Below the pieces are notes generated by a model. The model had not been told where the DNA came from. It did no database searches and was given only the letters and a program-made list of their open reading frames with translations. A stretch of 64,000 nt of DNA from Gammaproteobacteria bacterium. GTDB lineage: Bacteria > Pseudomonadota > Gammaproteobacteria > UBA4575. Shown piece by piece: positions 20,293-28,661 of this stretch. Within the stretch, counting starts at the first letter, position 1. Each line of letters begins with the position of its first letter. The stretch is from assembly GCA_965243395.1 (NCBI GenBank), contig CBDEUS010000002.1, positions 1,024,001-1,088,000 on the forward strand, read 5' to 3'. A program made the translations under genes and the position numbers.

Positions 20293-21756
20293 GTGCAGCA
20301 GCATTTTTATACTGGCATTCAATCCAAAGTAAACAAATCTGGTCTCGCGAAAACATTCATTCGCTCTATATCAGTGCTATGCACACTGTTCCTGCTGGCA
20401 TTGAGTTCAGTAGGTTCTTCGGCCACCTCAATTGCTAAAATCAATGATCTCCGCATCGCAGATCGTAAAACCGAAACGAGAGTGGTATTTGATCTGACAT
20501 CACCCGTTAAGCACAGCATTTTTGTACTCAAGAACCCTAACCGAGTCGTTTTAGATATAGATCAGTGTGATGCTAATGGAATACTGAATGCTAAACATGT
20601 AAAGGGAACCTTAATAAAAGATATCCGCTATGCACAAAAAAGTAATGAAAAGTTACGTGTAGTATTTGACTTAAATAGTACAGTCTCTCCTAAAAGTTTT
20701 TTACTGCCACCGCAAAGCGGTAAATCTTATCGTCTTGTTATTGATTTAAGCGCTAACTCCAATCCGACACGCGTTGCGGGTCAAAGCAAAGCAAATTCGA
20801 CAAAAGAATTAAAAAAGCCTCGTGTAGAACCTGTGGTAGCGATGAAGGATGCGCCTATTGGTGTTCGAGATTTTATTATTGCAATTGATGCGGGTCATGG
20901 AGGTAAAGACCCAGGCGCAATAGGACGTGGCGGCACTCGTGAAAAAGATATCGTATTAGCTATTTCTAAACGATTAAAAAATCTCATTGATAAAGAACCA
21001 GGTATGAAAGCCGTGATGATTCGTAATGGAGATTTTTTTGTTCCTTTGCGCAGTAGAATTAAAAGAGCTAATCAGCTAAATGCAGATGTATTCCTTTCAA
21101 TACATGCAGATGCAGCAGTGGATCGTCGTGCAAAAGGATCATCGGTTTATGTTTTATCACAACATGGTGCAACCAGCGAGGCGGCACGAATTTTAGCGCA
21201 GCGTGAAAATGCAGCGGACAAGATTGGTGGAGTTAGCTTAGAAGACAAAGATGATGTATTGAAATCAGTACTTGTTGATTTGTCTCAAACCGCTACTATC
21301 GATGCCAGCATCGATTTAGCTGAAGATATTCTCGGTGAGCTTGCTAAAGTGGGTAATATCCTTCGTGATAATGTGGAACAAGCAGGTTTCGCTGTGTTGA
21401 AATCGCCCGACATACCATCTGTTTTAGTTGAAACAGCATTTATCTCAAATCCTGCTGAAGAAAAACGTTTGAAAACAACTCAACACCAGCAGAAATTAGC
21501 ATCTGCGATCCTAAATGGATTGCGTCGTTATGTGAAAGATCATGCTCCGGCAAATGCAATTTTAGCCAGCACACAAACACCTATCTCACCTACTCAATAT
21601 ACTATTAAACGTGGCGATACCTTGTCTGGTATCGCGGTTCGTTATCAAGTCAGTCTCAGAGATTTGCGCAAAATTAATGGTTTGCGTTCAGACTTATTGA
21701 AAGTAGGGCAAGTTCTAACGATTCCAACTTCACCAAAGGTTACCGCGGGCACCTGA
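20293..21756 (+). CDS. amiB: N-acetylmuramoyl-L-alanine amidase (AMIN + Amidase_3 + LysM)
   Basis: IDAGHGGKDPGA, SIHADA, LVETAFISN, C-terminal LysM (YTIKRGDTLSGIA); follows tsaE; exact start uncertain. Confidence 0.9.
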   Translation: MQQHFYTGIQSKVNKSGLAKTFIRSISVLCTLFLLALSSVGSSATSIAKINDLRIADRKTETRVVFDLTSPVKHSIFVLKNPNRVVLDIDQCDANGILNAKHVKGTLIKDIRYAQKSNEKLRVVFDLNSTVSPKSFLLPPQSGKSYRLVIDLSANSNPTRVAGQSKANSTKELKKPRVEPVVAMKDAPIGVRDFIIAIDAGHGGKDPGAIGRGGTREKDIVLAISKRLKNLIDKEPGMKAVMIRNGDFFVPLRSRIKRANQLNADVFLSIHADAAVDRRAKGSSVYVLSQHGATSEAARILAQRENAADKIGGVSLEDKDDVLKSVLVDLSQTATIDASIDLAEDILGELAKVGNILRDNVEQAGFAVLKSPDIPSVLVETAFISNPAEEKRLKTTQHQQKLASAILNGLRRYVKDHAPANAILASTQTPISPTQYTIKRGDTLSGIAVRYQVSLRDLRKINGLRSDLLKVGQVLTIPTSPKVTAGT

Positions 21757-21767
21757 ATATCATAAAG

Positions 21768-21847
21768 TTTGAAGGGAGAACTGCGCATGGATGCGCATTT
21801 ATTTTATTTTGAAGGGAGAACTGCGCATGGATGCGCATTTATTTTAT
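21768..21847. repeat. Perfect 40-bp tandem duplication with TGCGCAT-GG-ATGCGCA hairpin
   Basis: TTTGAAGGGAGAACTGCGCATGGATGCGCATTTATTTTAT occurs twice (21768-21807, 21808-21847). Confidence 0.95.
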
Positions 21848-21892
21848 AGGGATATGCCAATACGAATCGCCTCTTGTCACAATTAACAAAGT

Positions 21893-21922
21893 TTGCGTCT
21901 TTTACATTTTTGATACGTCTGT
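21893..21922 (+). promoter_or_regulatory. Candidate ECF (SigZ) promoter
   Basis: CGTCT at 21896 and again at 21916; the second resembles the CGTC-type ECF -10 element, ~40 bp before the arsI/cadI-like ATG. Confidence 0.45.
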
Positions 21923-21958
21923 ATTACTAACTCAATCAATTAATTTGGAGTAAGTACT

Positions 21959-22363
21959 ATGAGACTACAATTAGTCTTAAATGTAAGAGATATCGAAGAA
22001 GCTGTAAGCTATTACACGAAACTATTCGATACCCAACCACATAAACGCAGAGAGGGATACGCAAACTTTGCGATTGATAATCCACCACTGAAACTGGTTT
22101 TGATAGAAAACCCAGATGCGGATGACCGAATCAATCATCTAGGAGTCGAGGCGGATCAAGATGATGAATTGGGTGAAATAATAAAACGACTTGTGCGTGA
22201 TGACATTGCCAATAAAATTGAAGATCAAATAACATGCTGCTTTGCAACACAAGATAAAGTGTGGTCAACCGAGCCGCAGGGGTTAAATTGGGAGTGGTAC
22301 ACCATAACCAACGATAATCCCGATGAATCTAATGTCTCAAAAACAAGTGCGTGTTGTGCATAA
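21959..22363 (+). CDS. ArsI/CadI-family VOC metalloenzyme (putative C-As lyase)
   Basis: RLQLVLNV, GYANFAI..PPLKLVLIE, INHLGVE, TCCFATQDKVW, WEWY, C-terminal ACCA. Confidence 0.88.
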   Translation: MRLQLVLNVRDIEEAVSYYTKLFDTQPHKRREGYANFAIDNPPLKLVLIENPDADDRINHLGVEADQDDELGEIIKRLVRDDIANKIEDQITCCFATQDKVWSTEPQGLNWEWYTITNDNPDESNVSKTSACCA

Positions 22364-22930
22364 GTGTCTGAACAAACTACAACTTGGGATGAGTTACGAT
22401 CCTTATTAACCAAATATGTTCGTAACAAAGTGGATGTCGATGTAGCAGAGGATCTGGTACATGACATCCTCTTGCGTGTACTTGTAAATGAGGACGCGTT
22501 AACTGATGCTGACAATCCACTTGCATGGATTTACACCGTTGCCAAAAATAGAATTACAGACTATTACCGAAAACGATCGAATACAAATGTATCTAATGAT
22601 GTTGGTGATCTAGAAAATACAACAACTGATTATGAAAGTATGTCCGAGAGCATAGATGGTGAATTCACTAAATGTTTGAGACCCCTTGCAAACAAATTAG
22701 AACCGAAATACAAGGAAGCTCTGCTATTAGCCGATTTCAATGAAATGAATCAAGCTGATGCCGCCGAGCGAATTGGAATATCGGTTTCAGGAATGAAGTC
22801 ACGCATACAGCGAGGACGCACTAAATTAAAAGAAGAGTTATTGGCTTGTTGTGCGATTGAAAAAGACCGATTTGGAAAAGTGATCGACTATAGGCAAAAA
22901 GAAAAATCCAATAACGATCAATGTTGCTAG
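22364..22930 (+). CDS. sigZ: ECF sigma factor, SigZ type
   Basis: AEDLVHDI, WIYTVAKNRITDYYR, GMKSRIQRGRTKLK, LLACC..E.DRFG; GTG start abuts the previous stop. Confidence 0.82.
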   Translation: MSEQTTTWDELRSLLTKYVRNKVDVDVAEDLVHDILLRVLVNEDALTDADNPLAWIYTVAKNRITDYYRKRSNTNVSNDVGDLENTTTDYESMSESIDGEFTKCLRPLANKLEPKYKEALLLADFNEMNQADAAERIGISVSGMKSRIQRGRTKLKEELLACCAIEKDRFGKVIDYRQKEKSNNDQCC

Positions 22931-23045
22931 TGAGTAATATGCTTTATATCTGCCATTGGCCGAAAGCGGGAATTTATACTTACGAGAATCTTGAATCTGA
23001 AGCAACCTCCCTGTTGCAACTCTTATTCGCACATCCATGTGCTCA

Positions 23046-24071
23046 CTAACTAAATAACTTTGAATCCTGTTCTTTCTGCCACCATGAGAAAAATAACTTA
23101 TCGATAGTTAATTGAACGGATGTAGCCAAGCGTTCACTGATCGTTTTGGGAACTTCATATTTGATTTCGTAAATATCTGCATCTTTACTAGCATTTAACA
23201 GATAGTCATCGCTTGTTATGAGTTCATCTACTAACTTGAGCTCTATTCCACGAGTAGCAAGCCAATGCTCACCAGTCGCTACTTGACCAATATCAAGAAT
23301 AGGACGGTTTTGTTTTACAAATTCTTTGAATAAATCATGCGTATCTTGAAGTTGTTCATTGAAGTGTTTTCGGTCTTCATCTGTATTTTTTCCAAATATG
23401 GTTACAGTGCGTTTTAGGTCGCCTGCTTTCATAAGTTCAAAATCTACACCGTGTTTATCTAAAAGACGGTTGAAATTCGGTAGTTGAGCAAGTACTCCTA
23501 TCGAACCCACAATTGCAAATGGTGCGGCAATAATTTTGTCGGCCACGCAAGCCATCATATAACCGCCGCTTGCAGCAACTTTATCTACTGCAACAGTTAA
23601 AGGTATGCCTTTTTGTTTAATGCGCAATAGCTGAGAAGATGCAAACCCGTGTTCGTGTACCAAGCCGCCAGCATTTTCTAAACAAACAACAACTTCATCA
23701 TTGCTGTTTGCAACTGACAAAATAGCCGTGATTTCTTTTCGTAAGTGCCGAACAGCTGTAGCTTTAATATTACCGAGAAAATTTAAAACAAATATCCGTT
23801 TATTGTTTGATTTGGGAGCTTTTTTCTCCATCTTGCGTTCTTTTTTATTTTCTTTACGCATTTGTTTCAATTCTTTTTTAGGTAGTAGCGAAAAACGCAA
23901 AATATTTGCCATATTTTTATATTTTTTATTTAGATTGATGACCTCAAAATGGTCATCCCCTTTAGCTTTTTTAGAAAATGAAAAAGCCAGCATCATGAGT
24001 AGCCAAATAAAAATGAGTACAGTAACGGCTTTAGCTAAAAACAATCCGTAATCGGCAAGTAATTCAATCAT
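23046..24071 (-). CDS. sohB: S49 peptidase SohB
   Basis: N-terminal TM (LADYGLFLAK), VDKVAASGGYMMAC, GSIGV, VATGEHW. Confidence 0.93.
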   Translation of the reverse strand: MIELLADYGLFLAKAVTVLIFIWLLMMLAFSFSKKAKGDDHFEVINLNKKYKNMANILRFSLLPKKELKQMRKENKKERKMEKKAPKSNNKRIFVLNFLGNIKATAVRHLRKEITAILSVANSNDEVVVCLENAGGLVHEHGFASSQLLRIKQKGIPLTVAVDKVAASGGYMMACVADKIIAAPFAIVGSIGVLAQLPNFNRLLDKHGVDFELMKAGDLKRTVTIFGKNTDEDRKHFNEQLQDTHDLFKEFVKQNRPILDIGQVATGEHWLATRGIELKLVDELITSDDYLLNASKDADIYEIKYEVPKTISERLATSVQLTIDKLFFSWWQKEQDSKLFS

Positions 24072-24092
24072 GGGGATTCCTGGATGTATAAT

Positions 24093-24929
24093 TTATTGGT
24101 TATATAGGCATTCGTAGCTACTGAAAAATTGTCCATGGCCATTTTCAGACGCATCATCATAAAACAACGATTGTAGTTCTAGTTTAGGCGAATTGAGAAT
24201 CTCTCCATCGAGTATGGTGTTAAAAAATTTACCACCTATAAATTGTTGGGAGTGTGTTAAGTATATTTTTGATAGTTGCTGATCATTCACCATTGTATGT
24301 AGCATTTTTGGGCCCGCAATTAGATAAAAATGCTTGAATTCTTTAGTAGTGAGTACGTCAATTAGGGGCTTGCCTTCAACTAAATCCTGTTTGCCTGCAA
24401 TCAGGACTTCATATCCTTCGCTTTGCCACGTTTTAATTTTATTTACGTCAGCTTGTTGGCCTGTGGCGATAAATACTTGTTGATTATTTTCTTTTAAAGA
24501 TGGATGCATCGGAAAATCAAGGCTTGAGCTCGCAATAACCACAGCAGGTTGTGCTGAGAGCCCTTGAAGAGTGCGCCAATTTGTTAAGTCTTCAGATTCC
24601 CGAGTACTTGGGAGTTGCAATATATTTCCAAGTGAATGGTCTGCAAGCGCTCGCATATATCCGGCATGTGTAATTAAGCAATCAGCCTGAGCATGTAGTT
24701 CAAGAAATAATCTAAAATCCTCGTCACTCGTTAAATGTTTGGGTAAATGTGCTTTTGTTTCTGTATCAGGGCTTACGGCAATACGACCATCCAGGCTACT
24801 TAGAAAATTGGCCGTAACTTTGGGATGAGATGTGCCTGACGAATACCAACCATGTTTGTATAAATACAAATTTTTAAGCTCAATGTTCTCAGAGGGTGTG
24901 GGATAAAGTTGTAGTAGCTTTTTTGCCAT
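24093..24929 (-). CDS. RibD C-terminal / DHFR-fold reductase
   Basis: ANFLSSLDGRIA, IAGPKML, QQFIGG; no deaminase domain. Confidence 0.8.
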   Translation of the reverse strand: MAKKLLQLYPTPSENIELKNLYLYKHGWYSSGTSHPKVTANFLSSLDGRIAVSPDTETKAHLPKHLTSDEDFRLFLELHAQADCLITHAGYMRALADHSLGNILQLPSTRESEDLTNWRTLQGLSAQPAVVIASSSLDFPMHPSLKENNQQVFIATGQQADVNKIKTWQSEGYEVLIAGKQDLVEGKPLIDVLTTKEFKHFYLIAGPKMLHTMVNDQQLSKIYLTHSQQFIGGKFFNTILDGEILNSPKLELQSLFYDDASENGHGQFFSSYECLYNQ

Positions 24930-25029
24930 GCCAGCAAATTATTATTTAGTGTTAAAGTGGTTTTAATTTGATTCAAAGATTCACATCAGATCGCTTGGCA
25001 TAATCCTAGCATGTGCAAGCAATAAAATT

Positions 25030-25398
25030 ATGCAAAAACCAGATATTTCCACGGCAATTCCAATGCAACGCTATAAGTTTGGCGCATATACGATTGTTGT
25101 GCTTGAAGAAATCCAATCAAAAGACAAAACAGAATACATCTATTTGCTTGCGGGTATTAAAGACGGGCACAATGAGCCGGAAGTTTACATTACATGCGAA
25201 AAAGCACAGCTCGGTTCAACAGAAAAAGGCTCTCACATCATTAGAGTTTTCGCCAAACAATTAGATTCAGGACAATCAGGAAGCATAATTGATCAGTCTG
25301 ATTCATGGGTTGATCGCGAGGCATTTATTTCTTATGGCCTTTCTGGTTTTCAACAAATGCTAGGGTTGGAAGACGAAGAGCCTTATCTCATTTCATAA
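25030..25398 (+). CDS. Hypothetical protein
   Basis: 122-aa ORF with globular composition, ending 6 bp before mutL. Confidence 0.75.
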   Translation: MQKPDISTAIPMQRYKFGAYTIVVLEEIQSKDKTEYIYLLAGIKDGHNEPEVYITCEKAQLGSTEKGSHIIRVFAKQLDSGQSGSIIDQSDSWVDREAFISYGLSGFQQMLGLEDEEPYLIS

Positions 25399-25404
25399 AA
25401 AATT

Positions 25405-27219
25405 ATGACAACTATAAAGCAACTACCTTCACAATTAATCAATCAAATTGCTGCAGGCGAAGTGATTGAACGCCCTGCTTCTGTATTGAAAGAGTTACTT
25501 GAAAACGCTCTGGATGCTGGGGCTAGTAAAATTATTGTGGAGTTAGAGCAGGGTGGCATGCAGTGCGTTCGTGTGAGTGATAACGGTGTTGGCATAGATA
25601 AAAGTGAATTACATCTGGCACTCATGCGTCATGCCACAAGCAAGATTTCATCTATGGAGGATTTGGAGCACATTACAACCTTAGGATTTCGTGGAGAGGC
25701 ATTGCCAAGTATTGCGTCGGTTTCAAGATTCAGTATTGCTTCGAATAACAGTGATGATGGCAACGCAGGGTGGGTGATTACTGCGGATGGTGGAGTATTA
25801 GATGAAGAAGTTGTTCCTGTTCGTCAAATACGTGGTACAACCGTTGAGGTTAAAGATTTATTTTTTAATGTGCCGGCCCGTAAGAAATTCCTGCGTACTG
25901 AAAAGACAGAGTTAAAACATTGCGACAGTGTGATTCGAAAAATTGCACTCGCTTGTTTCAATGTTCAAATAATTGTCAAACACAATGGCCGTAATTTGCT
26001 TGATATCAGTGATTGTGATTTTTTTGAAAATGGTGCTAACCGTGTGGCCCAAGTCAGCGGTAAACAATTTGCCGAGCAAAGTATCTATTTAGAAAACACA
26101 GCACAGGATATGCAAGTTCAGGGTTGGATTAGTTTGCCAACCTTTTCACGTAGCCAGGCTGATTTACAATACTTTTACGTTAATGGTCGCGCTATTCGTG
26201 ACAAGGTGATATCACATGCTATTAAACAAGCGTATCAAGATGTCCTGTACCACGGACGTTTCCCGGCCTTTGTATTATTTTTAGAAATGGATCCAGCGCA
26301 AGTAGATGTAAACGCACATCCTACTAAACATGAAGTGCGATTTCGTCAAAGTCGCTATGTGCACGATTTTATTCGTCATACCGTCAGCAAAGCTATAGCA
26401 GAGACAATGCCCAAGCAGGAACAACAGGCAGCTGAACAGTATCGCGAAATTGTCGATGACTACATTCGTGCGGCACAAAGCCAGAGCGTGTTAGCGGAAC
26501 ATGCTTATGCTCAAAAGGAATCCGCTTCTCATTCTCATGTGAATGAACCTGTTCATAGTTATGGTGCGCAAACACTAAATGAATATGATTTGTTGTTAAA
26601 AAAACCCCCTGAGGAAAAACACACCACGGAAGAAGCGCCACCACTGGGTTATGCTATCGAACAATTACATGGTATTTATATACTGGCACAAAATGCGAGT
26701 GGGTTAGTCATTGTAGACATGCATGCGGCACATGAAAGAATTGTGTATGAACAACTAAAAGCATCGTATAAGCAAGGTGATTTAGCTACCCAACCATTGT
26801 TGATGCCACTTACTATTAATGTAAGTTCACAAGAGGCAGCCATTGCAGAGCAGTATCGAGACACATTTTTAAAATTTGGTTTTGATATCGAACGCTTTGG
26901 AGAAGACAGCATTGTTGTGCGTGAGATACCGTCTCTATTGCAACAAGCAGACGTTAATACATTGCTACTTGATGTGCTATCAGATTTAAATATGTTTGGC
27001 AGTACTGAAAAATTAGAACAAGCAAAAAATGAACTCTTGTCTACCATGGCATGTTATGGATCTGTGCGTGCACATAGAAAACTTACGCTTGCAGAAATGA
27101 ATGCATTACTTCGCGAAATGGAAGCCACTGAAAGAAGTGCACAATGTAATCATGGAAGGCCGACTTGGGTTCAATTGAGTATTGAGCAGCTTGATAAGCT
27201 TTTCAAACGCGGTCAATAG
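25405..27219 (+). CDS. mutL: DNA mismatch repair protein MutL
   Basis: NQIAAGEVIERP, LGFRGEAL, DVNAHPTK, DMHAAHERIVYE, CNHGRP. Confidence 0.98.
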   Translation: MTTIKQLPSQLINQIAAGEVIERPASVLKELLENALDAGASKIIVELEQGGMQCVRVSDNGVGIDKSELHLALMRHATSKISSMEDLEHITTLGFRGEALPSIASVSRFSIASNNSDDGNAGWVITADGGVLDEEVVPVRQIRGTTVEVKDLFFNVPARKKFLRTEKTELKHCDSVIRKIALACFNVQIIVKHNGRNLLDISDCDFFENGANRVAQVSGKQFAEQSIYLENTAQDMQVQGWISLPTFSRSQADLQYFYVNGRAIRDKVISHAIKQAYQDVLYHGRFPAFVLFLEMDPAQVDVNAHPTKHEVRFRQSRYVHDFIRHTVSKAIAETMPKQEQQAAEQYREIVDDYIRAAQSQSVLAEHAYAQKESASHSHVNEPVHSYGAQTLNEYDLLLKKPPEEKHTTEEAPPLGYAIEQLHGIYILAQNASGLVIVDMHAAHERIVYEQLKASYKQGDLATQPLLMPLTINVSSQEAAIAEQYRDTFLKFGFDIERFGEDSIVVREIPSLLQQADVNTLLLDVLSDLNMFGSTEKLEQAKNELLSTMACYGSVRAHRKLTLAEMNALLREMEATERSAQCNHGRPTWVQLSIEQLDKLFKRGQ

Positions 27220-27345
27220 AAGCCCCTGAATTTGTTTTCTGCTTCGTTAAAAAAATGATCTCAATGGCGCTCATGTATTAGCATATACACTTCGCTTATT
27301 TCGACATTTTTTTGTCTCGCATAAAATCAAATCAGAGTCTTCTAT
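27216..27345. mobile_element. MITE-like element, copy 2 (diverged)
   Basis: Termini ATAGAAGCCCCTGAATTTG...CAAATCAGAGTCTTCTAT form an imperfect inverted repeat; shares CTTCGTTAAAAA, CTCATGTAT, TATACA, TCGCT and TTTTTG.CTCG with copy 1. Confidence 0.7.
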
Positions 27346-27353
27346 AAACTGAA

Positions 27354-28283
27354 GTGAATACAACTCCCGTCATTTGTGTAATGGGTCCTACTGCAAGTGG
27401 TAAGACGGATCTTGCGCTTACCATTGCAGATGAGTTTCCTTGTGATTTGATTAGTGTAGATTCAGTGATGGTGTATCGTGACTTGAATATTGGCTCAGCG
27501 AAGCCAAGTAAAGAAGTGTTACAAAAATATCCACACCAGTTAATTGATATTTTGGGCCCTGAAGAAAGTTATTCGGTCGCAAATTTTTGTAAGGATGCTT
27601 TAAATTTAATAAAAGAGTCACATAGTAAGAATAGAATCCCGCTTTTAGTGGGTGGCACGATGCTCTATTTCAATGCACTGCTTCATGGCTTATCTGATAT
27701 GCCAAGTGCCAATGAAGAGGTAAGAAAAAAAATTACCGAGCGTGCGAATGAAAAAGGTTGGGACTATTTACATGCACAACTTGTAAAAGTTGACCCGCAA
27801 GCTGCATCAAGAATTCATCCTAATGATCCTCAGCGCATTCAACGTGCGATGGAGGTGTACGAATTAACAGGTACACCTTTAAGTGAATGGCATGCTGAAG
27901 AGAAATCAATACAATTTCCTTATGAGGTGTTAAAACTTGCATTGATCCCCAATGACCGAGCAATGTTACATCAACAAATCGAGCGAAGATTTGATCAAAT
28001 GTTGCAAGCCGGGTTCATGGAAGAAATGCAGCAGCTATATGAGCGTACATCGTTGCATGCTGATTTGCCCTCAATGCGTTCGGTTGGTTATCGACAAGCA
28101 TGGAAGTATCTCGACGGAGAGTATGATGCAGAAACAATGAGAGAGAAGGCAATAATAGCTACAAGACAATTTGCAAAGCGTCAGCTTACTTGGTTACGTG
28201 GTGAAGCAGATTTAATTACGATTTTGGCTGAAAAGCCTGATATTCATGACATTCGTCAAGAAATTCACAGACTTTTAGCGTAG
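27354..28283 (+). CDS. miaA: tRNA dimethylallyltransferase
   Basis: MGPTASGKT, SVDSVMVYR, VGGTMLY, FAKRQLTW. Confidence 0.97.
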   Translation: MNTTPVICVMGPTASGKTDLALTIADEFPCDLISVDSVMVYRDLNIGSAKPSKEVLQKYPHQLIDILGPEESYSVANFCKDALNLIKESHSKNRIPLLVGGTMLYFNALLHGLSDMPSANEEVRKKITERANEKGWDYLHAQLVKVDPQAASRIHPNDPQRIQRAMEVYELTGTPLSEWHAEEKSIQFPYEVLKLALIPNDRAMLHQQIERRFDQMLQAGFMEEMQQLYERTSLHADLPSMRSVGYRQAWKYLDGEYDAETMREKAIIATRQFAKRQLTWLRGEADLITILAEKPDIHDIRQEIHRLLA

Positions 28284-28386
28284 CTGAATGGGTGCTGAAA
28301 CTGCTACACTAAGGGGGCAATGAGAGTCAAGCATTTTCTTGAATGTTCATTGTGATAATAAAAATAACAAAACTAGAGGTGCAGCA

Positions 28387-28623
28387 ATGTCAAAAGGTCA
28401 GACTTTACAGGAACCCTTTCTAAATGCTTTGCGAAAAGAAAAAGTCCCCGTATCAATCTATTTAGTGAATGGAATCAAGCTCCAAGGTCAAGTGGATTCA
28501 TTCGATCAATTTGTAGTGTTACTAAAAAATAGTGTCAATCAAATGGTATATAAGCATGCCATTTCTACCATAGTACCATCTCGTATGGTGAAGATGCCGA
28601 TGACGGATGAACAGCCTGAATAA
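28387..28623 (+). CDS. hfq: RNA chaperone Hfq
   Basis: [25 protein letters not shown]; GAGG RBS supports ATG 28387. Confidence 0.98.
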   Translation: MSKGQTLQEPFLNALRKEKVPVSIYLVNGIKLQGQVDSFDQFVVLLKNSVNQMVYKHAISTIVPSRMVKMPMTDEQPE

Positions 28624-28661
28624 TCTGTTATACAAAAAAATTAGTTCTATAGGACGTTTTC

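Noticed and set aside
21768-21847. CRISPR array
   Set aside because: Two abutting identical units with no spacer and no cas genes.
24996-25011. Sigma-54 promoter (TGGCATAATCCTAGCA)
   Set aside because: GG-N10-GC spacing fits, but both elements deviate from TGGCACG/TTGC, and CATAAT could equally be a sigma-70 -10 box.
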